A stretch of DNA of 64,000 nucleotides from an uncultured Chloroflexia bacterium (GCA_963721655.1 CAVRKH010000012.1:17518-81517); one strand, 5' to 3'; counted from the stretch's first letter, positions 22,009 to 33,320 are shown. Numbers and translations are program-made. Notes: generated by a model not told the origin, from the sequence alone.

Positions 22009-23128
22009 CGCCGCTCAGGCCGGCGCGGCCGAGCACGACCTGGGTCTCGCTCGCGCGCAGGTGCGCGTAGCGCGGCTTGACGATCTCGTTGATGATCCGC
22101 AGCCGCTCGTCGAACGGGGCGAACGCGCTCTTCATCGCGTTGATCGTCAGCCACTCCATCTCGCCGAGCCCGATCCCGAACGCCTCGTCGAGCGCCGCGA
22201 ACTCGCTCGACAGCGACACGCCGCTCATGAGCCGGTTGTCGGTGTTGACCGTCAGCCGGTAGCGCAACCGGCGCAGCAGGTCGATCGGGTGGTCGGCCAC
22301 CGACTGCACCGCCCCGGTGTGCACGTTCGAGGTCGGGCACATCTCGAGCGGCACGCGCCGGTCGCGGACGAACGCGGCGAGCCGCCCGAGCTCCACCGAG
22401 CCGTCGGGCCGCATCGTGATGTCGTCGACGATCCGCACGCCGTGCCCGAGCCGCTCGGCACCGCAGAACTGGAGCGCTTCCCAGATCGACGGCGGCCCGA
22501 ACGATTCGCCGGCGTGGATCGTGATGTGGAAGTTCTCGCGGCGGACGTAGTCGAACGCCTCGATATAGCGGGTCGGGCGGTAGCCGTCCTCGGGGCCGGC
22601 GATGTCGAAGCCGACGACGCCCGCGTCGCGCCAGCGGACCGCACATTCGGCCACCTCGAGCGAGCGGGCGAACTGGCGCATCGCCGTCACGAGCACCTTC
22701 ATGACGATCGGCTGGCCCGCGGCAGCAGCCCGCTCCGCGCCGATCCGGAACCCCTCGAGGTTCGCCTCGACCACCTCGTCGAGCGTCAGACCGCGCTCGA
22801 CCGACAGCTCCGGGGCGTAGCGGACCTCGGCGTACACGATCCCGTCGGCGGCGAGGTCCTCGGCGCACTCGGCGGCCACGCGGATGATCGCGTCGCGCTC
22901 CTGCATGACGCCGATCGTGTGGGCGAACGTCTCCAGGTAGAGCTCGAGGCTCTTGCGATCCGCACCGCGGCGCATCCACGCCTCGAGCTCGTCGGCGTCG
23001 GTCGTGGGCAGGTCGGCGTAGCCGTACTCACGCGCGAGATCCACGATCGTCGCCGGGCGCAGGCCACCGTCGAGGTGGTCGTGGAGGAGCGCCTTCGGCG
23101 CCTGGCGGATCGTCTCGAGCGTCGGCAT
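21923..23128 (-). CDS. add: Adenosine deaminase (true stop may be near 22015)
   Basis: [51 protein letters not shown]. Confidence 0.92.
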   Translation of the reverse strand: MPTLETIRQAPKALLHDHLDGGLRPATIVDLAREYGYADLPTTDADELEAWMRRGADRKSLELYLETFAHTIGVMQERDAIIRVAAECAEDLAADGIVYAEVRYAPELSVERGLTLDEVVEANLEGFRIGAERAAAAGQPIVMKVLVTAMRQFARSLEVAECAVRWRDAGVVGFDIAGPEDGYRPTRYIEAFDYVRRENFHITIHAGESFGPPSIWEALQFCGAERLGHGVRIVDDITMRPDGSVELGRLAAFVRDRRVPLEMCPTSNVHTGAVQSVADHPIDLLRRLRYRLTVNTDNRLMSGVSLSSEFAALDEAFGIGLGEMEWLTINAMKSAFAPFDERLRIINEIVKPRYAHLRASETQVVLGRAGLSGVSPCGTPRGGSSTTFRARGRGGDPAWRR

Positions 23129-23172
23129 CGCGGCCCTCAGATACAGGTTTGCGGATGGTACCGCGCGGCGAT

Positions 23173-24594
23173 TCAGCCCTCGGCGTCGATGCGGGCGCGA
23201 GCCGCGCGGAGCGCCGCGTGGACGCGGTCCGGCGCCGTCCCGCCGATCACGTCACAGCTCGCAAGGGCGGCGTCGATGTCGGCTGCGGCCCGGACCGTCG
23301 TCCCGATCGAGGGGTTTCGGGCGAGCTCCGTGGCCCCGGGATCGTCGCTGGCCGCCAGCGCGGCGGCGATCGTGTCGTCGTCCAGCGCCTCGAGCCCGAT
23401 CCCGGCCTTCTCGGCGCCCGCCACCAGCGTGCCGACGACGTGGTGAGCCGCGCGGAACGGGACACCCTGGCGCACGAGCGTGTCCGCGACCGACGTCGCC
23501 GTCGTGAAGCCCTCCGCGGCGGCCGCCCGCATGCGCTCCCGATCGACGGTGAGCGTGTCGAGCATCCCGGCGAGCACGCCGAGGCTGGCCTCGAAGATGC
23601 CGACGGCCCCGAACAGCGGCGGCTTGTCCTCCTGCAGGTCGCGCTGGTACGCGAGCGGGAGGCCCTTGAGGATCGTGAGGACCGCGGTCAACGCGGCGAT
23701 CGAGCGGGCGGCTCGGCCACGGACGAGCTCGGCAGGATCCGGGTTCTTCTTGTTGGGCATGATCGAGCTGCCGGTCGAGAACGCGTCCGACACCCGCACG
23801 AACCCGAAGCGCGGGTTCGACCACCAGGTGAGCTCCTCCGCCAGCCGGCTGAGGTGGACCATCCCGAGCGCCACGGCCGCGAGGACCTCGACCACGAAGT
23901 CGCGGTCCGAGACCGCGTCGAGCGAGTTCGCGGTGACGCCGTCGAAGCCGAGCTCCGTTGCGGTCGCCTCGCGATCGAGCGGGTAGCCCGCTCCCGCGAG
24001 GGCGCCGGCCCCCAGCGGCGAAACGTTGAGCCGCCGCCGCGCGTCGGCAAGCCGGCCACGGTCGCGTTCGGCCATCTCCACGTAGGCGAGGAGATGGTGC
24101 GCGAACAGGACGGGCTGGGCGGGCTGGATGTGCGTCGCGCCGGGCATGACCGCGTCGCCATCGCGTTCGGCCAGACCGACCAACGCGCGCTCGAACGCGA
24201 CGAGCGAGGCGTCGAGCCGGTCGATCGCGCGGCGCAGCCACAGGCGCAGGTCCGTGGCGACCTGGTCGTTCCGCGAGCGGCCGGTGTGGAGCTTGCCGGC
24301 CACCGGCCCGACGCGCTCGGTCAGGGCCACTTCGAGGTTCAGGTGGACGTCCTCGAGCTCGGGATCCCACTCGATGGAGCCGGCCGCGACGTCCGCGACG
24401 AGGGTGTTCAGGCCCTCGACGAGCGTCGCCAGCTCGGCCTCGGTGATGAGCCCCGCGCGGGCAAGCCCGCGGACGTGCGCGATGGAGCCCGCCAGGTCGT
24501 CCGCGGCCAGCTCGCGATCCACGTCGATCGATCGCGTGAACGCGGCGACGCGCTCGTCGTTCGCCTCGCCGAACCGTCCTCCCCAGACCCGCAT
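23173..24594 (-). CDS. argH: Argininosuccinate lyase
   Basis: [45 protein letters not shown]. Confidence 0.97.
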   Translation of the reverse strand: MRVWGGRFGEANDERVAAFTRSIDVDRELAADDLAGSIAHVRGLARAGLITEAELATLVEGLNTLVADVAAGSIEWDPELEDVHLNLEVALTERVGPVAGKLHTGRSRNDQVATDLRLWLRRAIDRLDASLVAFERALVGLAERDGDAVMPGATHIQPAQPVLFAHHLLAYVEMAERDRGRLADARRRLNVSPLGAGALAGAGYPLDREATATELGFDGVTANSLDAVSDRDFVVEVLAAVALGMVHLSRLAEELTWWSNPRFGFVRVSDAFSTGSSIMPNKKNPDPAELVRGRAARSIAALTAVLTILKGLPLAYQRDLQEDKPPLFGAVGIFEASLGVLAGMLDTLTVDRERMRAAAAEGFTTATSVADTLVRQGVPFRAAHHVVGTLVAGAEKAGIGLEALDDDTIAAALAASDDPGATELARNPSIGTTVRAAADIDAALASCDVIGGTAPDRVHAALRAARARIDAEG

Positions 24595-24678
24595 CCGTCC
24601 TCCGTGCGTTCGTGGCCGCCCATCCTACCCGGGTGCGCCTGCTCGTTTTTGGCCTAGACCGATAGGCCAACGAGGTTT

Positions 24679-25666
24679 ATGATCATGGCGATGTCGTCCC
24701 AGCGTCCCCCGGAGCCCGTCGCCACCCCGTCGCAGACCTCCGGGACCCGGCTCGACTGGAGCTTGTTCGTCCTCCTGTCGTTCATGTGGGGCAGCAGCTA
24801 CCTGTTCATCAAGATCGGCGTCGACGAGGGGCTGCGACCGCTGACGCTGATCATGCTGCGCCTCCTGTTCGGGACGCTCCTGCTGGCCGCGGTCTTCGTT
24901 GTCGTCCGTCCGGCGCTCCCGACGAGCCGGCGCACGTACGGCCACCTGCTGGTCATGTCGCTGTTCTCCATCGTGATCCCGTTCTGGCTCATCACGTACG
25001 GCGAAGGGAGCGGCGTCGATTCCTCGGTCGCGGCGATCCTCAATTCGACCGTGCCGCTGTTCACGATCGTGATCGCGCCGCTGTTCCTGTATCGACGAGC
25101 ACATCACGCTGAACCGCCTCGCGGGCCTGGCGGTCGGGTTCGTGGGCGTGATCGTGCTCACCAGCGGCGACCTCGGCGGGTCGGGCTCGGCCGGCGGGAT
25201 CAGCTTTGGCATCGTGGCACTGCTCCTGTCCGCGGTGTCGTACGCCGTCGGCGCCGTCTACGCACGGCGCAATGCCCGCGGCCTGTCGCCGATGACGATC
25301 GCGCTGTTCCAGGTGCTGTTTGCGTTCGCGATCGTGACGACGCTCGCGTTCACGATCGAGAACCCGCTCAGCGCCTCGATCACGCCCGCGGCGGCCTTCT
25401 CGGTCGTGTGGCTCGGGCTGTTCGGCTCGGGCATGGCGTACCTGTTGTTCTTCCGGCTCCTGAGCGCCTGGGGCCCGACGCGCACGTCGCTGGTCGCCTA
25501 TCTGCTCCCGGTCTGGGGCATCCTCCTCGGCGTTGCCGTTCTGGACGAGACGGTCGATTCGCGCGTGCTGCTCGGGACCGCGCTCATCGTCGGCGGCGTG
25601 GCGCTCGTGAACGCACGGTTCGGAGCGCGGCGCCTGTTCGAGCGATCGGCGCCGGCGGTCGACTGA
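24679..25666 (+). CDS. DMT/EamA transporter (frameshift ~25090)
   Basis: MWGSSYLFIKIG, VAAILNSTVPLFT, LVAYLLPVWGILLG...E. Confidence 0.88.
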
Positions 25667-25670
25667 CCGC

Positions 25671-26564
25671 TCAGGCGTCGATGGCGAGGAGGATCGCCCC
25701 CGCCACGATGACCGCCGAGGCAACGATCCTTCGCGTCGCGTCGCCCCGTGAGACGGCCTCGCCCATCCGCACGGCGCCCCACGCGGCAGCAACGACCGTG
25801 GCCGACTCGCGCAGCGGCGCCACGGCCGTCAACGGCGCCACGCTGAGCGCGTACAGCACGAGCAGGTACGCGACGAGCGTGAGGATCCCGCCGACCGCCG
25901 CACGGCGGGCGACCTCCGGGTCGCGCCAGCCGGTCCCACGACCGGCGGCCACGACGCCGATCGCGAGGATGAGTGACCCGCTCAGCCAGATGAGCGCGGC
26001 GTACGGGAGCGGATCGATCAGCCGCGTCCCGACGCGGTCCACCGTCGAGTAGGCCGCGATCGCAATGCCGGTGGCGACCGCAAAGGCGATCGGACCAGGG
26101 GCACCCGGCCGGCGGCCGTTCGCGAGCGCAGACCGCACCGCCAGCCAGGGTCGCTGGAGCGCGAGGAAGCCGGCGAGCAGGCACGCCACGCCGATCCATC
26201 CGGCAGTGCCGAGGCGTTCGCCGAGCAGCCCCACGCCGACCGCGACGAGGATGAGCGGCGCGGTACCCCGTGCGATCGGGTACACGACCGACAGGTCACC
26301 CCGGCGGTACGCGCCGGCGAGCAGCGCAAAGTAGATCGCCTCGATCAGCCCCGAGACGAGGCCGAGCGCGAGGCCCTCGGGCGGCAGCGGGTTCGCGCCG
26401 TCCAGCCACCAGACGGCGGTGCCGACGGGGACGATGACGAGCGCCCCGACCAGCAGCCCGATCGTCGCGGTGAGGAGCGTGTCGCCGGCTGACTTGAGCC
26501 GGACGTTCCAGGCGACATGGAGGACCGCCGATCCCGCGACGAGAGCGATGACGAACGGCTCCAC
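25671..26564 (-). CDS. DMT/EamA transporter
   Basis: SAVLHVAWN, GDLSVVYPIARG.APL, VAPLRESA. Confidence 0.88.
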   Translation of the reverse strand: MEPFVIALVAGSAVLHVAWNVRLKSAGDTLLTATIGLLVGALVIVPVGTAVWWLDGANPLPPEGLALGLVSGLIEAIYFALLAGAYRRGDLSVVYPIARGTAPLILVAVGVGLLGERLGTAGWIGVACLLAGFLALQRPWLAVRSALANGRRPGAPGPIAFAVATGIAIAAYSTVDRVGTRLIDPLPYAALIWLSGSLILAIGVVAAGRGTGWRDPEVARRAAVGGILTLVAYLLVLYALSVAPLTAVAPLRESATVVAAAWGAVRMGEAVSRGDATRRIVASAVIVAGAILLAIDA

Positions 26565-26610
26565 GCCGGCAGTCTAGGGAGCGGCCGCGGCCGGAGCGCG
26601 GCCGGCCGGA

Positions 26611-27129
26611 TCAGGAAGGCTGCGCCTGGCGACGCTCGGCTGCCCCGGTCGCCTCGGCTCGTTCCTTCAGCGTCCGCAGATGGTGTTCGACGCGGCTCGC
26701 GAGCGACTCGCGGCTCAGCTTCATGAGGATCCCGGCCCAGCGGTCGTGCGGATCGAACGTCGCGACGTGGACCACCCGGGTGCCACCGGCGAGCGGTTCG
26801 AACCACCAGCGGAACTCGCCGCTGAACCCGGCGCCGGTCACCCGCAGCGCAAAGCTCGACTGCGGACGCGCCTCGAGGCTCTCGACGCGGGCCGTATCGC
26901 GGAGGAGGCCCACGCGGGTCTCGGCACGGCGGGTCGACGCAGCCGCGGGCCAGTCCGGGGCGGGCGGGTCGAGCCGGAGCTGCGGAAAGAGCGCACCGGC
27001 GTTGGCCGGATCGTGCAGGGTCGCCCACACGATTCGCGGCGACGCGTTCACGAAGACGCGCCGCTCGACCGCCCCCGGGTCGAGCCTTCCCGAACGGGAA
27101 GATGTCTGTCTGTTCGTTCCCACAGCCAT
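26611..27129 (-). CDS. SRPBCC (START-like) domain protein
   Basis: VFVNASPRIVWATLHD...W.FEPLAGGTRV, C-terminal helix L..LKERAE. Confidence 0.8.
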   Translation of the reverse strand: MAVGTNRQTSSRSGRLDPGAVERRVFVNASPRIVWATLHDPANAGALFPQLRLDPPAPDWPAAASTRRAETRVGLLRDTARVESLEARPQSSFALRVTGAGFSGEFRWWFEPLAGGTRVVHVATFDPHDRWAGILMKLSRESLASRVEHHLRTLKERAEATGAAERRQAQPS

Positions 27130-27131
27130 CG

Positions 27132-28112
27132 CTACACCCCGATCGGGTGCCAGACCGTCTTCATCTCCATGAAGGCGGCAATCCATTCAGGCCGCTCGGC
27201 GGCACGGTCGTCCAGCCAGTCGAAACGAGCCTCGGACACGGTCGTCGGGCGGCGCAGCACCCGCTTGACGTCGTCGGCCGCAAGCAAGTCGACTTCCATG
27301 CGCATGGTGTCAGGCACGCCCCACGTGTCGAGCGCGTCGACGTCGGCATGCCCCGCGAGGACCGGGACGAGCTCGGGCTTCAGGCCGGTGAGGACGTTCA
27401 CGACGCCGCCGGGCACGTCGGACGTGGCGAACACCTCGCTGAGCGTCACCGCGGGCAGCGGCCGGGTCTCGGACGTCAGGACGACCACCGCGTTACCGGC
27501 GACGAGTGGCGGGGCGAGCCGTGAGACCAGCCCGAGGAGCGACGAGGTCTCCGGCGCCACGATGCCGACCACTCCGGTCGGCTCCGGGATCGTGAAGTTG
27601 AAGTACGGGGCAGCCACCGGGTTCGACGAGCCCAGCACCTGGCCGATCTTGTCGGCCCAGCCCGCGTACCAGACCCAGCGGTCGATCGCCGCGTCGACGG
27701 CCCGTGCCGCGGCCGGCTGGCGCAGGCCCTCGGCAGCCGCGACCTCGTCGACGAACTGGTCGCGCCGGCCCTCCATCAGCTCGGCGACGCGGTACAGCAC
27801 CTGGCCGCGGTTCATCGCGGTCTTGGCGGCCCAGCCGGGGAACGCCTTGCGCGCGACACGCACCGCGTCGCGCAGATCCTTGCGTGAGGCGCGAGCCGCG
27901 TTCGCGAGGGGCGAGCCGTCCGCCGCCGAGACGAGGTACGAGCGGCCGGATTCGGACCGCGGGAAGTCCCCACCGACAAACAGCTTGTACGTCTTGCGCA
28001 CGGCGATCCGGGCCGGAGTCGCGGCCGTGGCCGCCGTCTGCGCACGCCGTGCGACGGCGCGCGACGTCCCGTTCCGCCCGTTCGAGGACGCGGACGAGGG
28101 GCGCGTGGCCAT
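27132..28112 (-). CDS. Short aldehyde-dehydrogenase-like protein (NAD-binding part only)
   Basis: KTYKLFVGGDFPRSESGR, NFTIPEPTGVVG, GGVVNVLTG, ends EMKTVWHPIGV; no ELGG or catalytic Cys segment. Confidence 0.88.
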   Translation of the reverse strand: MATRPSSASSNGRNGTSRAVARRAQTAATAATPARIAVRKTYKLFVGGDFPRSESGRSYLVSAADGSPLANAARASRKDLRDAVRVARKAFPGWAAKTAMNRGQVLYRVAELMEGRRDQFVDEVAAAEGLRQPAAARAVDAAIDRWVWYAGWADKIGQVLGSSNPVAAPYFNFTIPEPTGVVGIVAPETSSLLGLVSRLAPPLVAGNAVVVLTSETRPLPAVTLSEVFATSDVPGGVVNVLTGLKPELVPVLAGHADVDALDTWGVPDTMRMEVDLLAADDVKRVLRRPTTVSEARFDWLDDRAAERPEWIAAFMEMKTVWHPIGV

Positions 28113-29635
28113 CAGCGGTCCTCCAGGCGGACGTACGCGTGGAGCCCGTGCATGCCGCCCTCGCGCCCGAAGCCGGATTGCTTGTAGCCGCCGAACGGCG
28201 ACGTCGGATCGAAGCGATTGAACGTGTTCGCCCACACGACCCCGGCACGCATCTTCGAGACCATCGCCAGGATCCGGCTCCCCTTCTCCGTCCAGATGCC
28301 GGCCGACAGCCCGTAGACCGTGTTGTTGGCCTTCTCGACGGCCTCGTCCGGCGTCCGGAACGTCAGCGTCGAGAGGACCGGCCCGAAGATCTCCTCGCGC
28401 GCGATGCGATGGCTCTGCGCGACATTCGTGAACAGCGTCGGCCGGAAGAAATAGCCCCGCTCCGGCAGGTCGCACGGCGGCTGGTAGAGGTCGGCGCCCT
28501 CGTCGACGCCGGCCTGCACGAGCTCGGTGATCTTCTCGAGCTGGCTCTTCGAGTTGATCGCGCCGACATCGGTGTTCTTGTCGAGTGGGTCGCCGACGCG
28601 GATCGTCGCGAGGCGGTCCTTGAGCTTGTCGATCAGTGCGTCGGCGATCGACTCCTGGACGAGCAGCCGCGACCCGGCGCAGCAGACCTCGCCCTGGTTG
28701 AAGTAGATGCCGTTGACGATGCCCTCGACGGCCTGGTCGAGCGGCGCATCGTCGAACACGATGTTGGCGGCCTTGCCACCGAGCTCGAGCGTGAGCGCCT
28801 TGTCGGTGCCGGCCACGCCGCGCTGGATCTTCTTGCCGATCTCGGTCGAGCCGGTGAACGCGACCTTGTCGACGCCGGGGTGCATCGCCAGCACCGTCCC
28901 GATCTCGCCGGGCCCCGGCGTGATGTTGACCACGCCCGGCGGCAGGTCGGCCTGGCGGCAGACGTCGGCGAACAGCAGCGCGCTGAGCGGGGTCGTCGAC
29001 GCGGGCTTGAGGACGACCGTGTTGCCGGCGGCAAGGGCCGGGGCGATCTTCCAGGAAAGCATGAGCAGCGGGAAGTTCCACGGGATGATCTGGGCGGCGA
29101 CGCCGAGCGGCTTCGCGACGCGGCCCGGGAACGCGTACTCGAGCTTGTCGGCCCAGCCCGCGTAGTACCAGAAGTGGGCCGCGGCCAGCGGCACGTCGAC
29201 GTCGCGGCTCTCCTTGATCGGCTTGCCCGAGTCCATCGACTCGAGGACCGCGAACTCCCGGCTGCGCTCCTGGAGGATGCGCGCGATCCGGAACAGGTAC
29301 TTGGCGCGTTCCTTCCCGGGGAGGCTGCCCCACGACCGGCGCTGGGCACGGCGCGCGGCGCGGACCGCCTTGTCGATGTCGGCCGGCGTCGCGCGTGCGA
29401 TCTGGGCGAGCGGTTGTTCGGTCGACGGGTCGATCGAGGTGAACGTGGCGCCATCCGAGGACGGGACCTCGCGCCCACCGATGAACAGCCCGTAACGCTC
29501 CTTGAGCGTGACGATGTCACGCGCCTCGGGCGCCGGTGCATATTCCCAGGGGATCGCCTGACCGTCGCCGAGGCCCCAGCTGTTCGGGGCACGCTCGCCG
29601 GTGGTTGCGACGCGCGTGTCGGAGTCGGTGGCCAT
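28112..29635 (-). CDS. Aldehyde dehydrogenase
   Basis: IIPWNFP, FTGST, LELGGK, NQGEVCCAG, EEIFGPV, GGYKQSGFGRE. Confidence 0.96.
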   Translation of the reverse strand: MATDSDTRVATTGERAPNSWGLGDGQAIPWEYAPAPEARDIVTLKERYGLFIGGREVPSSDGATFTSIDPSTEQPLAQIARATPADIDKAVRAARRAQRRSWGSLPGKERAKYLFRIARILQERSREFAVLESMDSGKPIKESRDVDVPLAAAHFWYYAGWADKLEYAFPGRVAKPLGVAAQIIPWNFPLLMLSWKIAPALAAGNTVVLKPASTTPLSALLFADVCRQADLPPGVVNITPGPGEIGTVLAMHPGVDKVAFTGSTEIGKKIQRGVAGTDKALTLELGGKAANIVFDDAPLDQAVEGIVNGIYFNQGEVCCAGSRLLVQESIADALIDKLKDRLATIRVGDPLDKNTDVGAINSKSQLEKITELVQAGVDEGADLYQPPCDLPERGYFFRPTLFTNVAQSHRIAREEIFGPVLSTLTFRTPDEAVEKANNTVYGLSAGIWTEKGSRILAMVSKMRAGVVWANTFNRFDPTSPFGGYKQSGFGREGGMHGLHAYVRLEDR

Positions 29636-29657
29636 CCCATGCATTATGGCACTCGTC

Positions 29658-30632
29658 ATGCTTCCGCCCCGCACGGCGCGTGGCGCCGCGCTGCGCCTGC
29701 TCCTGTTCGCGGCCATCCCCGTGGCGTGCGTTCCGACAGCCACGCCGAGCCCACCTTCGACCGTGCTCGGCGGAGCCTGGGAGCGACGGGCCGACGCGCC
29801 GGTCGCCCTGACCGAGGTGGCGGTGACCTCGCACGACGGCCGGATCTGGGTGGCGGGCGGGCTCACCGCCGGCGGAGCGGGCTCGACCGACGTCTTCGTG
29901 TACGACCCGGCGACCGATGCCTGGACCGAGGGACCCGACCTGCCCGAGGCCGTTCATCACTCGACGCTCGTGAGCGACGGCGAGTCGCTGCGGCTCCTCG
30001 GCGGCTTTGCGGGCAGCACGTTCGACAACCCGACGCCGGCTGTTCGCCGTCTGGATGACGGGGCATCGACATGGGTCGACGACCCGCCGCTCCCCGAGCC
30101 GCGCGCGGCAGGGGCGGCGGCCTGGGACGGATCGCGGATCGTGTACGCGGGCGGGGTCGAGCCGGGGGCCGTCTCCGGCGCCGTGTTCGCGTTCGAGGAC
30201 GGTGCGTGGAGCCAGGTCGCCCGGCTGGCGAACCCGCGCGAGCACCTCGCGGCCACCTCCGACGGGGAGGGCGGCACGTACGTCGTCGGCGGGCGCGTCG
30301 GCGGCCTCGACGGCAACCTGGCCACGGCCGACCTGGTGCGGGGCACGACGGCGGAGACGATCGGCGAGTTGCCGACGCGGCGCGGCGGTGTCGCTGCGTT
30401 CTGGTGGCCGACCCTCGGGGCGTGCCTTGTCGGCGGGGAGTCACCCGGCGGTACGAACCCACAGGTCGAGTGCATCGACGAGGACGGCGACGTCGCGGTG
30501 CTGCCGGGTCTGGCACACCCGCGGCACGGGCTGGGTGCCGCGGTCGTCGATGGCGTGGCCTACGTCGCGCTCGGCGGCGATCAGCCCGGCCTGTTCGTCA
30601 GCCCGACGGTCGAGTCACTGCAGCTGCCCTGA
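29658..30632 (+). CDS. Kelch-repeat lipoprotein
   Basis: Lipobox-like VAC; repeated (V/L)AGG...W...LP.PR Kelch units. Confidence 0.85.
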   Translation: MLPPRTARGAALRLLLFAAIPVACVPTATPSPPSTVLGGAWERRADAPVALTEVAVTSHDGRIWVAGGLTAGGAGSTDVFVYDPATDAWTEGPDLPEAVHHSTLVSDGESLRLLGGFAGSTFDNPTPAVRRLDDGASTWVDDPPLPEPRAAGAAAWDGSRIVYAGGVEPGAVSGAVFAFEDGAWSQVARLANPREHLAATSDGEGGTYVVGGRVGGLDGNLATADLVRGTTAETIGELPTRRGGVAAFWWPTLGACLVGGESPGGTNPQVECIDEDGDVAVLPGLAHPRHGLGAAVVDGVAYVALGGDQPGLFVSPTVESLQLP

Positions 30633-30899
30633 CGGACTGGCTGTGGCGGACGCAGCCGGGCAGCGATACGCGATCAGCGGGTGCCACGCTTCGCAGTAGC
30701 GGACGTGCAGTAGGTGGACAGGGCGGCGACCTGACCCGCCACCGTGAGCAGGAGGAGCACCGCCCCGACCATCGGCAGCAGGCGGCGTGCGGGGCGGCGC
30801 GGGCGGCGAGCGAGCGAAGGCATCCGGCGGGCTAGAGTACGCCAGCACCCGGCCGGTACCAAACGCGGCCGATCGACCCGCCACCTGGAGACCTGCCCG

Positions 30900-31638
30900 A
30901 TGGATCGCCGCGACGGTGCCGAAGAGCACCTCGACGGTCCGCTCGACGACCAGCCGACGCTCGTCGGCAACCTGCGCGACCTGCGCCGGCTGAACCGGTT
31001 GTCGGGGGGCGTCGCGTTGAGCCGCTGGGGCGTCAACCGGCTGCTCGACGGGACCGCCGAGCCGACGACGCTGATCGACGTGGGCACCGGGGGCGCCGAC
31101 ATCCCGGTTGCGCTGCTGGCCGATTCCGTCTGGCGCGGACGACCTCTCGAGATCACGGCCGTCGACAGCCGGGCCGAGGTGCTCAGCGCGGCGCGCGTCG
31201 CCCGCCCGAAGCTGGATCGCGTCCAGCGCTTGCGGCTGGCCCTCGTCGACCCGGAGCGCCTGCCGTACCAGAACGAGACGTTCGACGTCGGGCACGCGTC
31301 GCTGGTCGTGCATCACCTTGATGAGGCCGAGGCCGTCCGCTTTCTCGCGGAGCTCGGCCGTGTCAGCCGGCGCGGGATCGTCGTCAACGACCTGCACCGC
31401 GGTCACCTCGGATTGATCGGCGCATGGCTCGCCGGCCGGTTCCTCACCCGGAACCGCTACACGCGTGACGATTCGCTGCTGTCCGTCCGACGGGCCTGGA
31501 CACTCGCGGAGGTCGAGGGGCTGCTGCGCCGGGCCGGGCTGGAGCCGGTCGATCGCCGGACGGCCGCGTTCGGCCAGCGCTACGCGGTGGTCGCGGTCCC
31601 GGCAGCGCGCCACGGCTCCCGCAGCCGCCGACCCGTGA
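30900..31638 (+). CDS. Class I SAM-dependent methyltransferase
   Basis: LRDLRRLNRLSGG, LIDVGTGGADIP, FDVGHASLVVHHL, VNDLHR; native TGA probably the GTGA at 31635-31638. Confidence 0.88.
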
Positions 31639-32847
31639 CGGAACCGGACGTCGCGATCGTCGGCGGCGGGCCGTCCGGGGCAATCGTCGCGTCGCTGCTG
31701 GCCCGCGCCGGCCACGACGTCACCCTGTTCGAGCGAAGCCCGGCATACCGCTGGCGAGCCTGCGGCGTGTTCGCGTCGCCCGCCACGGTCGCGGCGCTCC
31801 GCCGGGTCGGACTGGATGAGGCGACGCTTGCCCGGGTTGCCCGGCCCATCCCGGCAATGCGCGTTGAGACACCCACCGGGATCGCCTTCCGCCTGCCGTA
31901 CGGCGACGGGGAGCCGGTCGGGTTCGACCGCTCGGCGCTCGATCCGGCGCTCCTCGACGAGGCGCGGGCGGCCGGTGCGTCGGTGTGCACGGGCGCCCGG
32001 GTCGAGGCGGTGGACCTGGACGGGCCGCGGCCGGTGCTCCAGGTGCGCACAGCGCAGGGCCTCGAGCGACACACGGCCCGGCTCGTGGTCGGGGCCGACG
32101 GCGGCAACTCGATCGTCGCCCGGGCCGCGCGCGTCGCTCGATCCGCCCAGCTCGCCCCGCGCGTGGGCCTCACCTTCCACCTCGAAGACCGTGCCGGCGA
32201 TCCCGGCGCCGATGCCCGGATGCGCGTGTTCCGCGACGGCTACGTCGGTGTCGCCCCGGTTCCCGGCGGACGGGTGAACGTCGGGATCGTCCTCGGCCGG
32301 AGCTGGGGCCCGCGTCTTGCGGCCGACGGAGCCGAAGCGATCGCCGAGGAGGTCGTCTCCGGCATCCCGGTACTCGATGGTGCCGCCGGCTCGCCGCCGG
32401 ATCCCGCGGTATGGCGGACTGGAGCTCGCCTCGACCGCGTCGCCGGCGCCAGCCCGCTCGGCCACCGCGTGACCAGGCGCGCCGGTTCCACGTGGCTCGT
32501 GGTCGGCGACGCCGCCGGGTTCCTCGACCCGTTCACCGGCGAGGGACTGCATCGCGCGGTCGTTTCGGCCGAGCTCGCCGCACGGGCCGTCGCCGCGGCC
32601 CTCCGCGGCAATCCGCGGGCGCTCCCCGCCTACGACCGGGCCATGCGCCGCCGGTTCGCCGCCAAGGACGTCGTGTCGTGGCTCGTGCAGGTGTTCCTGG
32701 AGCGACCCGCCCTGTTCGAGTACGCCGCCCGCCGGATCGCGGCCCGCAGCGCCGTCCGTGAGACGATGGGCCTTGTCATGGGTGATCTCGTGCCCGCTTC
32801 CCGTGCGCTCGACCCGCGCTATCCTCGGCGCGCTCCTTCGCCCGTGA
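31635..32847 (+). CDS. FAD-dependent oxidoreductase (FixC/geranylgeranyl-reductase-like)
   Basis: DVAIVGGGPSG, VVGADGGNS, VGDAAGFLDPFTGEG; TGA at 32845 reached after a +1 indel at ~32822 (YLGALLRP*). Confidence 0.88.
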
Positions 32848-33320
32848 CCGATCCGGCTGTCAGCGAACCCACCCCGCGCCCGGCCAGCGGACGAACGCGC
32901 CTCGGGAGCTATGCGATCTGCCTCGACCGCGACGACCGGATCCTGCTGTGCCGCCTTGCTTCGAACGAGCCCGAGCCGGGAGCGTGGACGCTACCCGGCG
33001 GTGGCGTCGATTTCGGGGAGCATCCTGACGACGCCGTCGTCCGCGAGCTGCGCGAGGAAAGCGGGCTGACGGGGCGCATCGCCGAAGTCGAAGGCGTGTT
33101 CTCGCACCTCTACCCCGCCTCGCAGTACGCGAGCGGCGCCGACCTGCACTTCCTCGGCGTCCTGTACCGCGTCGAGGTGACCGGCGGACGATTGACCGAC
33201 GAGGTCGATGGCTCCACGGACCGCTGCGGCTGGTTCGGTCGCGACGAGGTAGCCCAGCTGAAGCTGGTGTCGGTCGCACGGCACGCGATCGGTCTCGTGT
33301 GGCCCGGCGCGCTCGCATGA
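32844..33320 (+). CDS. NUDIX hydrolase
   Basis: WTLPGGGVDFGEHPDDAVVRELREESGL, an intact Nudix box. Confidence 0.92.
   Translation: MTDPAVSEPTPRPASGRTRLGSYAICLDRDDRILLCRLASNEPEPGAWTLPGGGVDFGEHPDDAVVRELREESGLTGRIAEVEGVFSHLYPASQYASGADLHFLGVLYRVEVTGGRLTDEVDGSTDRCGWFGRDEVAQLKLVSVARHAIGLVWPGALA

Noticed and set aside
30744-33320. 858-aa methyltransferase-FAD oxidoreductase-NUDIX triple fusion
   Set aside because: Both junctions carry GTGA stop/start overlaps, and one indel just upstream restores natural ends (...AAADP*, ...YLGALLRP*). Most likely three genes fused by sequencing errors.
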